Shown here one piece after another: positions 24,593 to 36,644 of a stretch of 64,000 nucleotides of DNA. The position numbers and the translations under genes are program-made. The notes under the pieces were generated by a model. That model did no database searches and was not told where the DNA came from. It worked only from the letters and a program-made list of their open reading frames with translations. How positions within the stretch are numbered: position 1 is the stretch's first letter; every line of letters starts with the position of its first letter. This stretch comes from Eledone cirrhosa (Eukaryota), in contig OZ024750.1 of the NCBI GenBank assembly GCA_964016885.1, positions 49,600,001 to 49,664,000 on the forward strand. The letters run 5' to 3'.

Positions 24593-25530
24593 CTAGCTGG
24601 CGTTGCTCGGGTTAAGGATGTTCTTATTCAGATTAGTAAACATGAAGATATATATATTTGTCATAATTATTTCAAAATATCTAAATTTTATTTTTAAAAT
24701 ATCAAAATTGTAATAATAATAGAATTTAGAAATGAAAATCTGTCGATACTGCAGCACCTAAGCGTAAACAATATTTGATGTGTAATTTTTTTCTTTGTGT
24801 GCAAATAAAAAAAAATGGTTCTGCTTCCAACTCGTGAGAAACCCGCATAGGGTTGACGATGGGAGAGACCTGTAGTAGGGAGATCAAATCCAACTAAATT
24901 GAGGGATTGACACTGAGATTTGTAAATTTAAATAACAAAATTTACGTTGACAGGAAACTGATGCCACTTAAATTCAAATGGCACAGCTGTAATTTGAGAC
25001 GAATTTTTAGAATATAGGCATTTTTTTCAATATTGTAAACAAATAAGTATCAATATCAACAAGAAATATATATTAATCTATTTTGTCAATAAGCAAACTT
25101 ATTAATTGCTAATTTAACGACATGATAATATAAATACAAACGAACAGACGCAAATACACTGACACAAACTTATAAGAACACATACAGAGATATCTTCATA
25201 CAAACGCACACAGATTCTAACCACCAGCTTTTTTCTTATGTCAGTCGTCACAGAAATGTATGTATACCCACACATACATACACTCTCACATGTACTCACA
25301 CACTCATGTATATGTATGTGTGTGTAGATGAGTGTTTGTGTTTAATTCTCTATGTATCTGATTAAATATTTACGTGAAGATGTATGTCTATGTACTAAGG
25401 TCTAACGTACACAACGAAGGCGCAAACTCACTCACACACTAACAGACACATACACACTTATATACAAAATATGACGTCGTCGTCGTTTCATAAAATATCC
25501 GTTTAATTTGTTGTCTATATAATATTTAGA
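24592..25530 (+). mobile_element. Possible non-autonomous Helitron/HINE-like element
   Basis: Starts actagctggcgttgctcgggt, has an internal CA-rich tract and ends ..ctatataatatttagat. These resemble recalled termini of such elements. No coding evidence. Confidence 0.4.
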
Positions 25531-25932
25531 TCAAGTGTTATATTGTTTTAATCCAAATGAAAATATAATTTGCATGTCATTAATCCCGGGTTCTAATATC
25601 ATTAACTTGTATAATTTGATTTGATTTGATTGAGCCGTTTGAGAATTCATAAGGAAAAGAAAGACAGAGGGACAAAGAATATTTCATAAAAAGAGAAAGA
25701 TGTATGTATTTATGTATGCAAGAGAGAAGTAAAATCCCTACCGTGGGACCGGAAGGTTGTGCCTTGTGTATTCTGCCTAGCCTACACCTCCCCATGCGTC
25801 GATTACTCCCATGATGAGGTGTGTTCCCCCTGTATCGGAAACGAACACTCACACCCATACACAAAAACTCTCACTCTTTTCCGGTCTCTCTCGAACTATA
25901 TCTATGTATCCATCTCTCTCTCTCTCTCTCTG

Positions 25933-26021
<89 letters not shown>

Positions 26022-26097
26022 CGAAGGAAATGTGGTAAGGAACCAGGTGGACCATAACGCACCAAAGTACTCAATACTTAAGGTAGTAGAGTGGGTA

Positions 26098-26208
26098 ATA
26101 GGAACAAGTAAGACCCCGACGGCTGAGCTCAAGCCGTTTCGACGGCTAATTCTGTACAGAATTAGCCGTCGAAACGGCTTGAGCTCAGCCGTTGGGGTCT
26201 TACTTGTT

Positions 26209-26213
<5 letters not shown>
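26098..26213. repeat. 116-bp spacerless palindrome (1 mismatch) made of two 3' half-hammerheads
   Basis: Centre tctgt|acaga. Each arm reads gccgtc-GAAA-cggct(tgagctc)agccg-T(C/T)-ggggtc. Confidence 0.9.
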
Positions 26214-26258
<45 letters not shown>

Positions 26259-26423
26259 TTTATACTTATATAAACACTATATACAACTATAAACAGGAAA
26301 GGTCAGTAATTTATTACTAGCTTATTACCAGCAAGAAAAATAGCTCAATGTAGATACATCAGATGATTTACAAAGCAAGAATATAAATTACACAATAATC
26401 AAAATTATGTACAAAACATTTTA

Positions 26424-26470
26424 TTGCTGACAATCTTTTCTTCCAAACATTCGTCTGGAATCGTCGGAGG
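26424..26470 (-). ncRNA. Hammerhead-like motif with CCGACGA core, decayed
   Basis: cct-CCGACGA-t-tccagac(gaat)gtttgga-a-GAAA-agattg-TC-agcaa. Downstream aaaatgttttg.aca is shared with 17001-17030. Confidence 0.55.
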
Positions 26471-26944
26471 ACTAGCAAAGTTTGGACATATAATTAACTT
26501 CCTATCCAATTGAACAATCATATAGATACATGGATATTAATGTTGTTATCAACAGTTTTGTATTTACAGAGTGGAATTGATGTGACAGAGATTACAAGAG
26601 GATTGTATAACAATCAAAGAGGCACAGAGTGGAATGTATGTGACAGAGATTACAAGAGAATAGTATAATAATTAAAGAGGCATTAAGGCAGAAAGTTACT
26701 CGTAAAACGAGGACATTAGCAGTACATATGCTAGCGTATAGAGAGTTCAAATGCGTTAGGCACATACAGTACAGCTAGCTAGGAAACAAGCAATGGTACT
26801 AGGCATATATAATTACTGTATGGCAAAGGTATCACATAAAATAACACAGGTTTACAGCATATCAAGCAGACAAAGATGTTTGTGTATTAAAATTATGAGT
26901 TTATGGGGGATGTAGTGTGATCATTGTTTATATATATATATACA

Positions 26945-28237
26945 TATTGTTATACTTTGGGAGGGTCATGTTGCCAATAAGAAACACACGCATCATTGCT
27001 TTCACTTCAATTTATTATATATTCATAAATTTATAGATTTACAAATCTACAAACTTATAAATTTCTGGTTGGTTGGTTGGTTCCACAACCAGATAGTTGT
27101 TTATATATAGTCATAGTCCTTTCGTCACACACTCTGTGACCTCTTCAGTGACTGGGGATTCCTTTCTTTGTTTCTGTGCCTTTCCTTTCTTCTGTCCTAC
27201 GCCATTTTGTTTCTGTGTGTGTGTTGTGTGCTCAGTTTGCGCATGCCTAAACATTGCATCTTTTCTGTGTGTGGATTCTATTTTTATTTCTATGTTCTCT
27301 AATTTACCCTTGTGCTCTATCTTAGCATGTTGGTAGAGCACATATGATTCTTTATTATCTTGAAGGTCTTGCCAGTGTTCATTTATTCGTTCCCCTATAC
27401 TACGAGCTGTCTCACCTATGTACACTATATTTTTGTTTCTACATTGTCCTTCAGTACATCTTATGCTATACACTACATTTCTAGTTTTACAGTTATTATG
27501 GGGGCTTATTTTACAGGTTATACATTTCTTATCTATACATGAGGGTCTTTGGAACGGGTATGTCTTGCTAATAAGTGTTTTTACGGAGGTACCTGGTCTT
27601 TCTACTATCTTAATATTGAGTTTATGTTTATTTAGGGCCCTTCTAAATTTGTAGGCTAGTTCGCCTCTAGGGGTTGTATTGATGAACATTACACTCTGGT
27701 ATTTATTGCTATCATACCATGAGTTTATTATATTGGCCTTGTTCCTAGTTCTTTCTATTCTATTCAAAAAATTTGCTCCTATACAAGGGGCAGGTCCCAT
27801 TTATGTCATTATTTACCATTTTTTCCCATTTAGTTCTGGCTCCTCTATACACTCTGATTCTATCTCTCTGATTGTAGCCAGAGAACTGCATACGGTGGAT
27901 GAAGTGTTGTATGTGTCTCTCTAGTTCTTCGGGGTTGCACATGCGGGACACATTTCTCATCACCCGTACCAAATCCGCAATCAGTATGTTGATTTTGGTA
28001 TGGTCCGAAATGGCCGAGTTTCGGTGGATCAGATGTTTGGAAGTCATGGGTTTGGCGTAATGGGAATGGAGGATATGTTTTGGGTTATTAATGGTATCTA
28101 ACCAGAGCTCTGTGTCTAGTACATGTAATCGATGGTTGGGGTGTCTACTTGGGTAGTCTATAGTAACTCTAATGTAGCAAATAGCAAACTCCATCCACCA
28201 GAGCATTAGAGTTACTATAGACTACCCAAGTAGACAC
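26945..28237 (-). mobile_element. PLE, Nematis-like: 5'-truncated RT thumb + GIY-YIG + 3' repeat with HHR
   Basis: LDTELW..HYAKPMTS..SAIS..K.NIL..RVMRNVS, RMQFSGY, PLYRSK, IKIVERPG, C....C..C...CKTRNVVY.I.C...YIGETARSIGERINEH. Frameshift near 27770. Ends in (TA)n. Confidence 0.92.
27109..27153 (-). ncRNA. Minimal type I hammerhead in the PLE 3' repeat, intact core
   Basis: agtca-CTGAAGA-g-gtcac(agagtgt)gtgac-GAAA-ggac-TA-tgact. Same strand as the PLE ORF. Confidence 0.85.
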
Positions 28238-28758
28238 TGTTGGTGATCCTCAGTTCAACGTACTCCCTGCCTCTGCCGGAAATTATAGAGGCTGGATGCT
28301 TATAGAATTCCAGTAATAATCAGGAACTCATCATACAGAGCGATTGCCCCCCCCCCCCCCCCCCCCCCCCCCCACACACACCCAGCAACAATTTAAAATC
28401 AGGATTAGCGAAGGTCTTCAAAATGCTTTAAAATTAACATACGGCATATTTCTAAATATACTATACATACATTCATGTATACATTGCTATTTCAGAGCAC
28501 CAATCCTAATTTTTAATTTTTGCTGGACCGGCAATCGCTCTGTATAATCAGTTCCTGATTATTACTGGAATTCTATAAGAATCCAGCCTCTATAATTTTC
28601 GGCAGAAGCGGGGAGTACGTTGCTCTGGGGATCACCAAGATTTGAAACAGAATCTGTCAGTTTCTCTCCTTTTCTTTTCCGAAAACAGAAGTGACATAGT
28701 CACTACTTTAAAATGATAGCGCAAGCTCTTTAAATTATTTTTAATTAAACATACATTC

Positions 28759-28855
<97 letters not shown>

Positions 28856-28930
28856 TGTATGTATACTATATTTGGCAATATACCGTATGTTTAATTAAAA
28901 ACATGTTGAAGTCCTTGCGCTATCATATAT
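28236..28930. mobile_element. Fold-back HHR element, homologue of 12245-12950
   Basis: Shared gaattccagtaataatcaggaact in both orientations. Plus-strand motif CTGGGGA..GAAA-cagaatctg-TC at 28620-28662. Minus-strand CTGAGGA near 28250, truncated. Confidence 0.7.
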
Positions 28931-28965
28931 AAATATATACACATATGTATTATATATATATATAT

Positions 28966-29003
<38 letters not shown>

Positions 29004-30443
29004 CAGATATCTATCTGTGTTAATGTGATAGAAATGCATTAGCCATTCCTCCTGTCTAATCAGTAAAAAAAAAAATGATTCTTCATACTGCGAACAATGC
29101 ATTATTACACTCACTCCATTCATTAGTCTATATATGTATTAAGAAAGTATATTCTTTTCATTAAGTCCACATAATAACAAAGGCAACATATGGGAATTCT
29201 TTAATGATTTTACATTATTTTCATATTTTAGAAACTGTAATTAATATCACATTCTGCTATTCGTAATGGAAATGAGACTTGTTTAAGAAATATGTAGTTC
29301 CTACTTGTAAAACCGTATGAAGTATTTTATCATGATAGAATAGTATGGAACAACCATATTTGCTTAGATTACAAATATTTAATTAGAAATGAATAATGAC
29401 AAACATGTTAGGACAACATTACGTTAATAATCACAATAGATATCTCATTAAGTAGTTTCTTTTTTTTTACAATGCCATTATTCTATCATTGAAATCGAGA
29501 ATGTTTCCATAAATGTTTCCATAAATGTGGCATTATGTAGTTTTGATGAGAAACGTAAGCAGTTAGTGTTTTATCTTAATAAGCAATGGGCTTCCCTCAG
29601 TTTCCATGATGAATGCTTCACTTCTTCAATCAGCGGAACAGTCTAATGGAATTACCGTGTAAGAAGCTGATCATTCATCAGGCGTGAGGCCATATCCGGC
29701 CAGAATTCTCTCAGTTTTTCTGCTGTAACCGGCTCTAACCGGTTACTCATACTTATTTTAAGGCTTGTTCTCAAAATATATATCAACAACTCATAGATTC
29801 GCTATCATGTGAGATAATTATGTGAAGTAAAGCCTTTACCGTGAAAATATAATAGTATATATAAAGTAATGTAAATGCTAAAGGGTTAACTTAATTTCCA
29901 GTGGTAATCAACCTAACACAGTGTATGATAAAGCTGGTCATTTGAAATACATATACAATCCATTTGACGGGAGTTCACATATTTTCCACCCGATTTCACT
30001 CATGAAACATCGGTAATCAAGAGCCACTGTTACATCACTTCCAATATCCACTGCAGTGGGATTGATCCGGTATAATTTAGTTGTGTCATTCCCTGAAATC
30101 GTTTCTGTTTTATGTCGGTAAAATCTATTTTCTCTTTGAACTTCCTAGTATTGTCATAACGGCCTTTGTATGTATATCTCAATTCAGCCACCTACGCTGG
30201 GTGTATTCATTTTTTCCTCTGCTAAAGTTGGGCAGCCATAGAATTTATGCTGAATTGTTTATTCATACATTCTAATATTCTGCAGTTATTATTTTCTGCA
30301 TCATTATACACGTTCAATGGTCTCTAGAGGTGATACATTAATCTTGTGCTGCAATTGCAAAATCTTCAATCTTTTTCGTGGCTTCCTTGCAGACGGAAAT
30401 CAATTTGTTTGCTGTAATTATAAACACATTATAATATGTAGTA

Positions 30444-32928
30444 CTTACTTGTACTTGTGTGGACATTCACCCTGGACGGATTAAGCCGGCTTCTTCTCGT
30501 GTCCTGGCGGTAAACCGAACCATGGCAGCCCACGCACGACGACCCCTGGATAGGTCACTGGAGATAGCGAGCCAGTCACTGTTCCATCGGCGCAGGCCGA
30601 CGACCTGCAGACCTGAGAGTTCGGAGAGGTCCTCCTTGATCGTCGTCGTTGCCCAGGGCTTCAGCCTCCCGCCAACGCGCTTGCGCCAGTTAGGGAGAGG
30701 AGGTGGGATGAGAACATCGCGGATCAGCTCACCCTCAGGGTGCCGGGCTGCGTGACCAAACCATCTGAAGCGCCTTTGCAGAAGCACTGATGGAACGGGT
30801 CGAAGACACAGGCGACGTTGAAGACTGGTGCTAGGTACCCGATCAACGCGTCGGCAGTGAAGAATGCGGTGGAGACAGTCACTGTCAAAGACCTCCAGCC
30901 CTCGTTGATCGACTACCCTCATAGGCCATGTTTCACAGCCATAGAGGAGGATAGTGCGAACGACGGCCTGGTAGATTCGCCCTTTGGTCGCCGAGGTGAT
31001 CTCTCTTCTGTCCCACAGACACCGCTGGAGACGCCCAAAAGCGGATCGGCACCTATGCGACGCGTGACCTCGGCTGTGCCCTGTCCCGTTGGAACCACTG
31101 TTGAGCCAAGCTAAACGAAGGTAACCACATCCTCCAGGTCCACGCCCTCGAGAGATATTGGCTGCCAGGCATCAGGTGAGACATGTGACGTCATGAATTT
31201 CGACTTGACCACATTGATTCGTAGACCAACAGGGGCGGCTGCAGTGTGCACCCTTTCGAGAGCACCTTGTACATCTGTCCCGTTAGCGTCCATCAGTACG
31301 ATATCATCCGCGTAGGCCAGGTCCGTCACCTCGACCCCACTCCCGACCTCTCCCGACCTATAACCCGAATAGCCCGAGATGTGCGACGTCGGAGATCTCG
31401 AAGATTGGGTGCAGCCCCGAGACGGGCCACTCTCGCCCTCTCCGCGAGTTCAAGAGTGCCGCCGGAGATCCAGTCCCGATGGCGTCTTTGGGTCGACCCT
31501 AAATGCTCCCTGGCCACCTCAATCGTGGCCGCCCTGAGCGCGTTCCACTCCTGCTCCGGTTGCTGTTCCACTTCGTTACTCAGATTTGGAATCGGTTTCG
31601 CAGCACTAGCCAGAAAGCATTTCCAGCAGCGAGCTTGAGTTGCGAGATGTTGATCCTTTCCTGGCAGTTGGGCGGAGGTTTCGCCCGCAGCCGCAGACGA
31701 AGTGTTGTTCGTACAAGATTATGGTCTGACCCATGCTCACTGCCCGTATCAGCCCCCCAACCCCCGATACGCACGCGAGTCCATCACTGAGCTGGCCCAC
31801 CGAGATCTGACAAGGACGTAGTCAATCTGATTGGCCGTTCTACCTACATTGTATCGCCACGTGACGAGATGACGCCGGGGATGTTGGAACCGGGTGTTGG
31901 TGACGATAAGACGATTGGCATCCGCGAAGGACACGAGCCGTTCACCATTGTCACAGCGCACGCCTAGGGCGAAGCGTCATAGAATATACCGTGTTGTATC
32001 ATCAGCCGGCCCCGTCCGTGCGTTCCAGTCCTCAGCGACAATGAGAATATCACTGGAGGGGACGCCATCCACGGTTGTTTGGAGATCGGCATAGAACTGC
32101 GTCTTGTCCGCCTCGTCCGCATTCAGTGTGGGACATAGACTGCAATTACGCTGACGTTGGAGATGTGACACCTCAATCGAACCAGTGCTAGTCGGTGTGA
32201 CATCGGCTGACACGCCAGCAGACTCGGTTGCGAGTCGGGGCTGATCGATACAGCGACCCCGTAAATGCCACTGTTGTCAGTCACGCCACTATGGTAAAAG
32301 TGGTAGGAGATGTCCTCGCCAGTAACTTTGATCGGAAGATGACCAACATCGGGAAGTCGAACTTCTGAAAGGCAAGCGACACCAACGCAGTACTTCATTG
32401 TAAGTGCCTGGACACCACCCTCACGAAGTGTTCGGACGTTCCAGCACGCCACCGTCAATTCCTTCCTTCGTCTGAAGAGCGGGACTACTGCGGGAGTAGT
32501 CTGTAGAGCCATAGCCGTAGGAGCGCTGCTGTTTTGCATTTCGTTCGTAGCGGGAAGTCAATTCGAATTCATAGTTCGTATTTGTAGGATTCAGGGAAGA
32601 AGTGTCATGGGAGTAGTGAATTCACAAGCGGTCCCCAAAAAACCCGCATGTATATCCCGAACAAGGGGGGAAAACGTCCTGTTTCCCGCAGATTCTCCAC
32701 AGACGCAGGGACAGATACGACTCGAAGCCGCCGGTTACCAGAGCAGACACCTCTTGGATTTTCACCAGAGCCCCTTTTGCCGGGTTGCGGCCCTTATACC
32801 GCCAGGTGCCAGACAAATCCGCCTTGGGTGGCCCTACCAGGAACCGAAGTTCCCGACAGCATAGCTCTGACACTAGCCGTTGCCACCGCCCTGCCACGTT
32901 GAGGAAGGGTTTGACTTTAGGTTGGATA
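30444..32928 (-). mobile_element. RTE-clade LINE, both ends present, internally deleted, with 14-bp TSD
   Basis: APE motifs ACWNVRTL, LSEVR, DWNAR.G, NGERL, NQIDYVL and GSDH; RT motifs LAYADD, GLRIN..K.K and RWFGHAAR. Tail caagtacaagtaag. TSD tataatatgtagta (30430-30443) / tataatgtgtagta (32929-32942). Confidence 0.93.
30467..32539 (-). pseudogene. Disrupted APE-RT ORF of the RTE element
   Basis: ORF pieces 32123-32539, 31977-32213, 31749-31961, 31580-31774, 31326-31571, 31111-31329 and 30467-30922 tile one protein with frameshifts. RT motifs upstream of YADD are missing. Confidence 0.88.
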
Positions 32929-32989
32929 TATAATGTGTAGTAACCTGTGGTTATTTGCATTAACCTATTATTATTATTGTTTTTATTCT

Positions 32990-33454
32990 AAGGCGGTGGA
33001 TTAGCAATATCGGTACAGGATCGGACGCCATGCTTTGCAGCATAGAGTTACGGTCCTTTAAGATTTGCGTTCAAATCCTGCCAAGATTAACTTTGCCTAT
33101 CATCTCTACTGGGTCGATAAAATAAAGTAAAATAATGTACTGGGGTGGATTTAATCGACTTTCCCCTTCCTTTCAAATTGCTGGCCGTGTGCCAAATGTA
33201 GAAACAATCATTATTATCATTAGTAGTTGAATTTGCCTTTCATCCTTACGGGGTCGATAAATAAAGTACCAGTAATGAACTGGGTAATTGCTGGCCTTGT
33301 GCCTAAAGTAGAAACAATTATTATCATTAGTAGTAGTACTATTTAGTAGTACATTATTATCATTAGTAGAAGTAGTACGGGGTCGATAAAATAAAGTACC
33401 AGTAGTGAACTGGATAATTGCTGGCCTTATGCCTAAAGTAGAAACAATTATCAT

Positions 33455-33486
<32 letters not shown>

Positions 33487-33536
33487 TTTGTAGTAGTAGT
33501 AGTAGTAGTAGTAGTAGTAATAGTAGTAGTAGTAGT
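32990..33536 (+). mobile_element. SINE family A with two extra tandem copies of its 3' end and a (TAG)n tail
   Basis: Head ggcggtggattagc..gttcaaatcc. The segment gggtcgataaaataaagta..ctggcc.t.tgcc.aa.gtagaaacaat occurs three times. Confidence 0.9.
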
Positions 33537-33913
33537 CGCTTCAATTCATTTAAAGGTTTATCAACATTCGAATTGACTTCATGCCCAGATCATCTAAATT
33601 TCAATTGCATAAAATATGGAAAGTATAAGAATAGATCAAAGACGCCAGTTACAGATGCCGAGTATGGCAAAGAAAAGTGATATCAACTGATCTGAATTTG
33701 AAACTAAAAACGATATATTTGTCAGGATGAAATATATGCATATCATGTACTTGATCGATGGCGTCCTGGCAAAACACACACACACACACACACACACTGG
33801 TATTTTACCGATAGTTATAGATCTGATTTATCCAAATTATTGAGCCCTCTGCCACGCATGTCGAATTTGTTTGTCGTGATTTCGTGGGCTGATATTCCGA
33901 TTCTCGATTATTC

Positions 33914-33970
<57 letters not shown>

Positions 33971-33971
33971 T

Positions 33972-34085
33972 TGGCACTAAACACATATACATACATAGGC
34001 ACTAAATTTATATATATACATAGGCACTAAATGTATATATATACATAGGCACAACATTTATATATATACACAGGCACTAAACTTA
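33972..34085. repeat. Short tandem repeat (ggcactaaa..tatatacata, about 26 bp x5)
   Basis: Direct reading. Confidence 0.8.
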
Positions 34086-34999
34086 TATATATATATATAT
34101 ATATAAACTGAGTTAAAACAGTTGATAAGTAATCAACTGACTTATGTTCTTAACATACACTTATTATATATATATATATACATATATATATATGCATACA
34201 TAGGGTATAAACATATATATTTAACTATTTTGTTTGTTTATAAAAAGTAAAGAAATGAAACTTGAGTAATTTAGAATCAATATTTTGAACGAAAGAAGAT
34301 AAAAATAAAATGTTAAAAGACGATTCAATTCTCATATGAAAATCAATGGTAAGGTTTTATTTTATATTATTTTCCTCTTCGTATTTTTTTTATTTTTGTT
34401 ACATGATGTGCAGTAGATATTGGCATAAACAAAAACATATTTAATATTTTATTAATCAAAATTAATCACGAAGTTTCTAGAAAATGATAAACGTGTTAAT
34501 ATATCATTGAACTTTAACCCATTTCGGCACAGGGCTAAGATTATTCGTTGATTGCGAAAGCTGTAAAATTCTCTGCGTTTATTTAGCTGCTTAATCCAAG
34601 GACTTAAGTAAATTGATTACGAATATAAATGATTAAAGAGAATCAACAGAGTAGTAAGAGTAGGTTTAATCAACTAATGGGTTAAGGTTGATGAACAGTA
34701 ACTTGGATTACTGTCTCAAGTCAGGCGGACTAACAATGCATCCTGCATAATGGATCGAGATTAAGGCTCGCGTCTATAAATATGACGCGAAAAAAAACAA
34801 ACAATTGAAGATGCAGAAAATTAAAATAAAACAAATGATAGAAGATCCCAGAAAATTAAATAGATCAAACTTACTTTAAAGGATTAGACCTCTCTACTCA
34901 ATATATTTGGACTATCCACAAAACTAATAGCAAATGTTTGACAAAGAATTGGCAAATTAATGTGTAAAAATATCAACATACACGTGCATATTTCCTTCA

Positions 35000-35102
<103 letters not shown>

Positions 35103-35279
35103 GCTCATTCGTTCTTTTATTCATCAATATAAAAATCACACACATTTATTGATAGGTAAATCAAAACTAGAAGTAGAATCACATTATAACTACAGGTTTG
35201 ACTTGTGTTAAGAGGATTGCCCTAATATATGTACACGTATCTAGCTATACAGGAAAACACACACATCTCTCTCGGTCTC

Positions 35280-35318
<39 letters not shown>

Positions 35319-35323
<5 letters not shown>

Positions 35324-36277
35324 ACACTTTCTCTCGACTGACCTCTTCCTCGTACTTCCACTCACTCACTCTCTGTTTCTACCCTTCTCACCTCCTCCCG
35401 TTCGTTAGTAGTGGGATTCTTTCTTTCTCACATCTCATTCACGTCAGACGGTCTGTTTTCTGACCGCTCATGAAATTCACCCGGCTTATGCTGACCGGAT
35501 AACAATCATGTTGCTTGCTTTTTTCATACCTTCGGTTTGCTTTTCCTTCTATGTTGTTTACTTGTCTCACTCTCTTTACGCGATTCACTTGTCCCAATAG
35601 CTTATTTCAGTTATTGCTGGCACCAACCTGAGGTATATGATTTTTATGCGATGAAATACCAATGATGGTTGGCAAATCACTGATGAGGGACTAATTTTAT
35701 AATATGTAACCCATCTGCAACCATGCAGTTTTCCTCTTTCTTCCCATGTTGTTTATACATATTTACCTCGACTGCGATTGTCTGTTTCTCTCTTTCTGCT
35801 CCCCCGTTCTCTCTGTTTCTCTCACCTTCTTTCACCCCCTCTGTCAGTTACACTTTCTCTCGACTGACCTCTTCCTCGCACTTCCACTCACTCACTCTCT
35901 GTTTCTCCCCTTCTCACTTCCTCCCGTTCGTTAGTAGTGGGATTCTTTCTTTCTCACATCTCATTCACGTCGGACGGTCTGTTTTCTGACCGCTCATGAA
36001 ATTCACCCGGCTTATGCTGACCGGATAACAATCATGTTGCTTGCTTTTTTCCTACCTTCGGTTTACTTTTCCTTCTATGTTATTTACTTGTCTTACTCGC
36101 TTTACGCGATTCACTTGTCCCAATAGCTTATTTTAGTTATTGCTCGCACCAACCTGAGGTATATGATGTTTAATGCGATGAAATACCAATGATGGTTGGC
36201 AAATCACTGATGAGGGACTAATTTTATAATATGTAAACCATGTGCAACCACGCAGTTTTCCTCTTTCTTCCCATGTT
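35319..36277. repeat. Tandem duplication, period about 526 bp
   Basis: cagttacactttctctcgactgacc starts at about 35319 and 35845, with high identity through gcagttttcctctttcttcccatgtt. Confidence 0.92.
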
Positions 36278-36644
36278 TTATATATATATATATAAATACA
36301 TGTATGTGGGAGTAAAATGTGAAAGCCCCTTCGTTCATGGATGTTCTCTTCGAGGTATAAGCCCTGGTAATGTTGTTTTGTGACAGACCAGCTGTCATCC
36401 ATGCAATCCAGACTTACATTCCATGCCACCAATATTGTCCAAATTAAAATCAAAGGTTGATACAGCTTCGTACCATTGACGTCATAATTCCAGTGACTGA
36501 ATCACCGTACTAATAATGTGTTTTGTTCAAGAACACAAATCACCGCCCGGACCGGAAACTGAATACACATTCCCACGTTCTAACCACCAAGCTGACTAAT
36601 ATATACGTATATGTTATAATTATTATCCCTTAAATTATATTTCT

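Noticed and set aside
30338-30415. Possible minus-strand terminal exon (ttacag|..NKLISVCKEATKKIEDFAIAAQD*)
   Set aside because: It is short, has no recognisable homology and no partner exons were found. It needs RNA-seq or BLASTX.
32990-33085. tRNA gene
   Set aside because: A/B-box-like sequences continue into a multicopy SINE body and no cloverleaf is evident. The same applies to the other SINE heads.
34684-34725. TTGATGA followed by a 7-bp hairpin
   Set aside because: No GAAA box or stem I complement, so it cannot be supported as a hammerhead.
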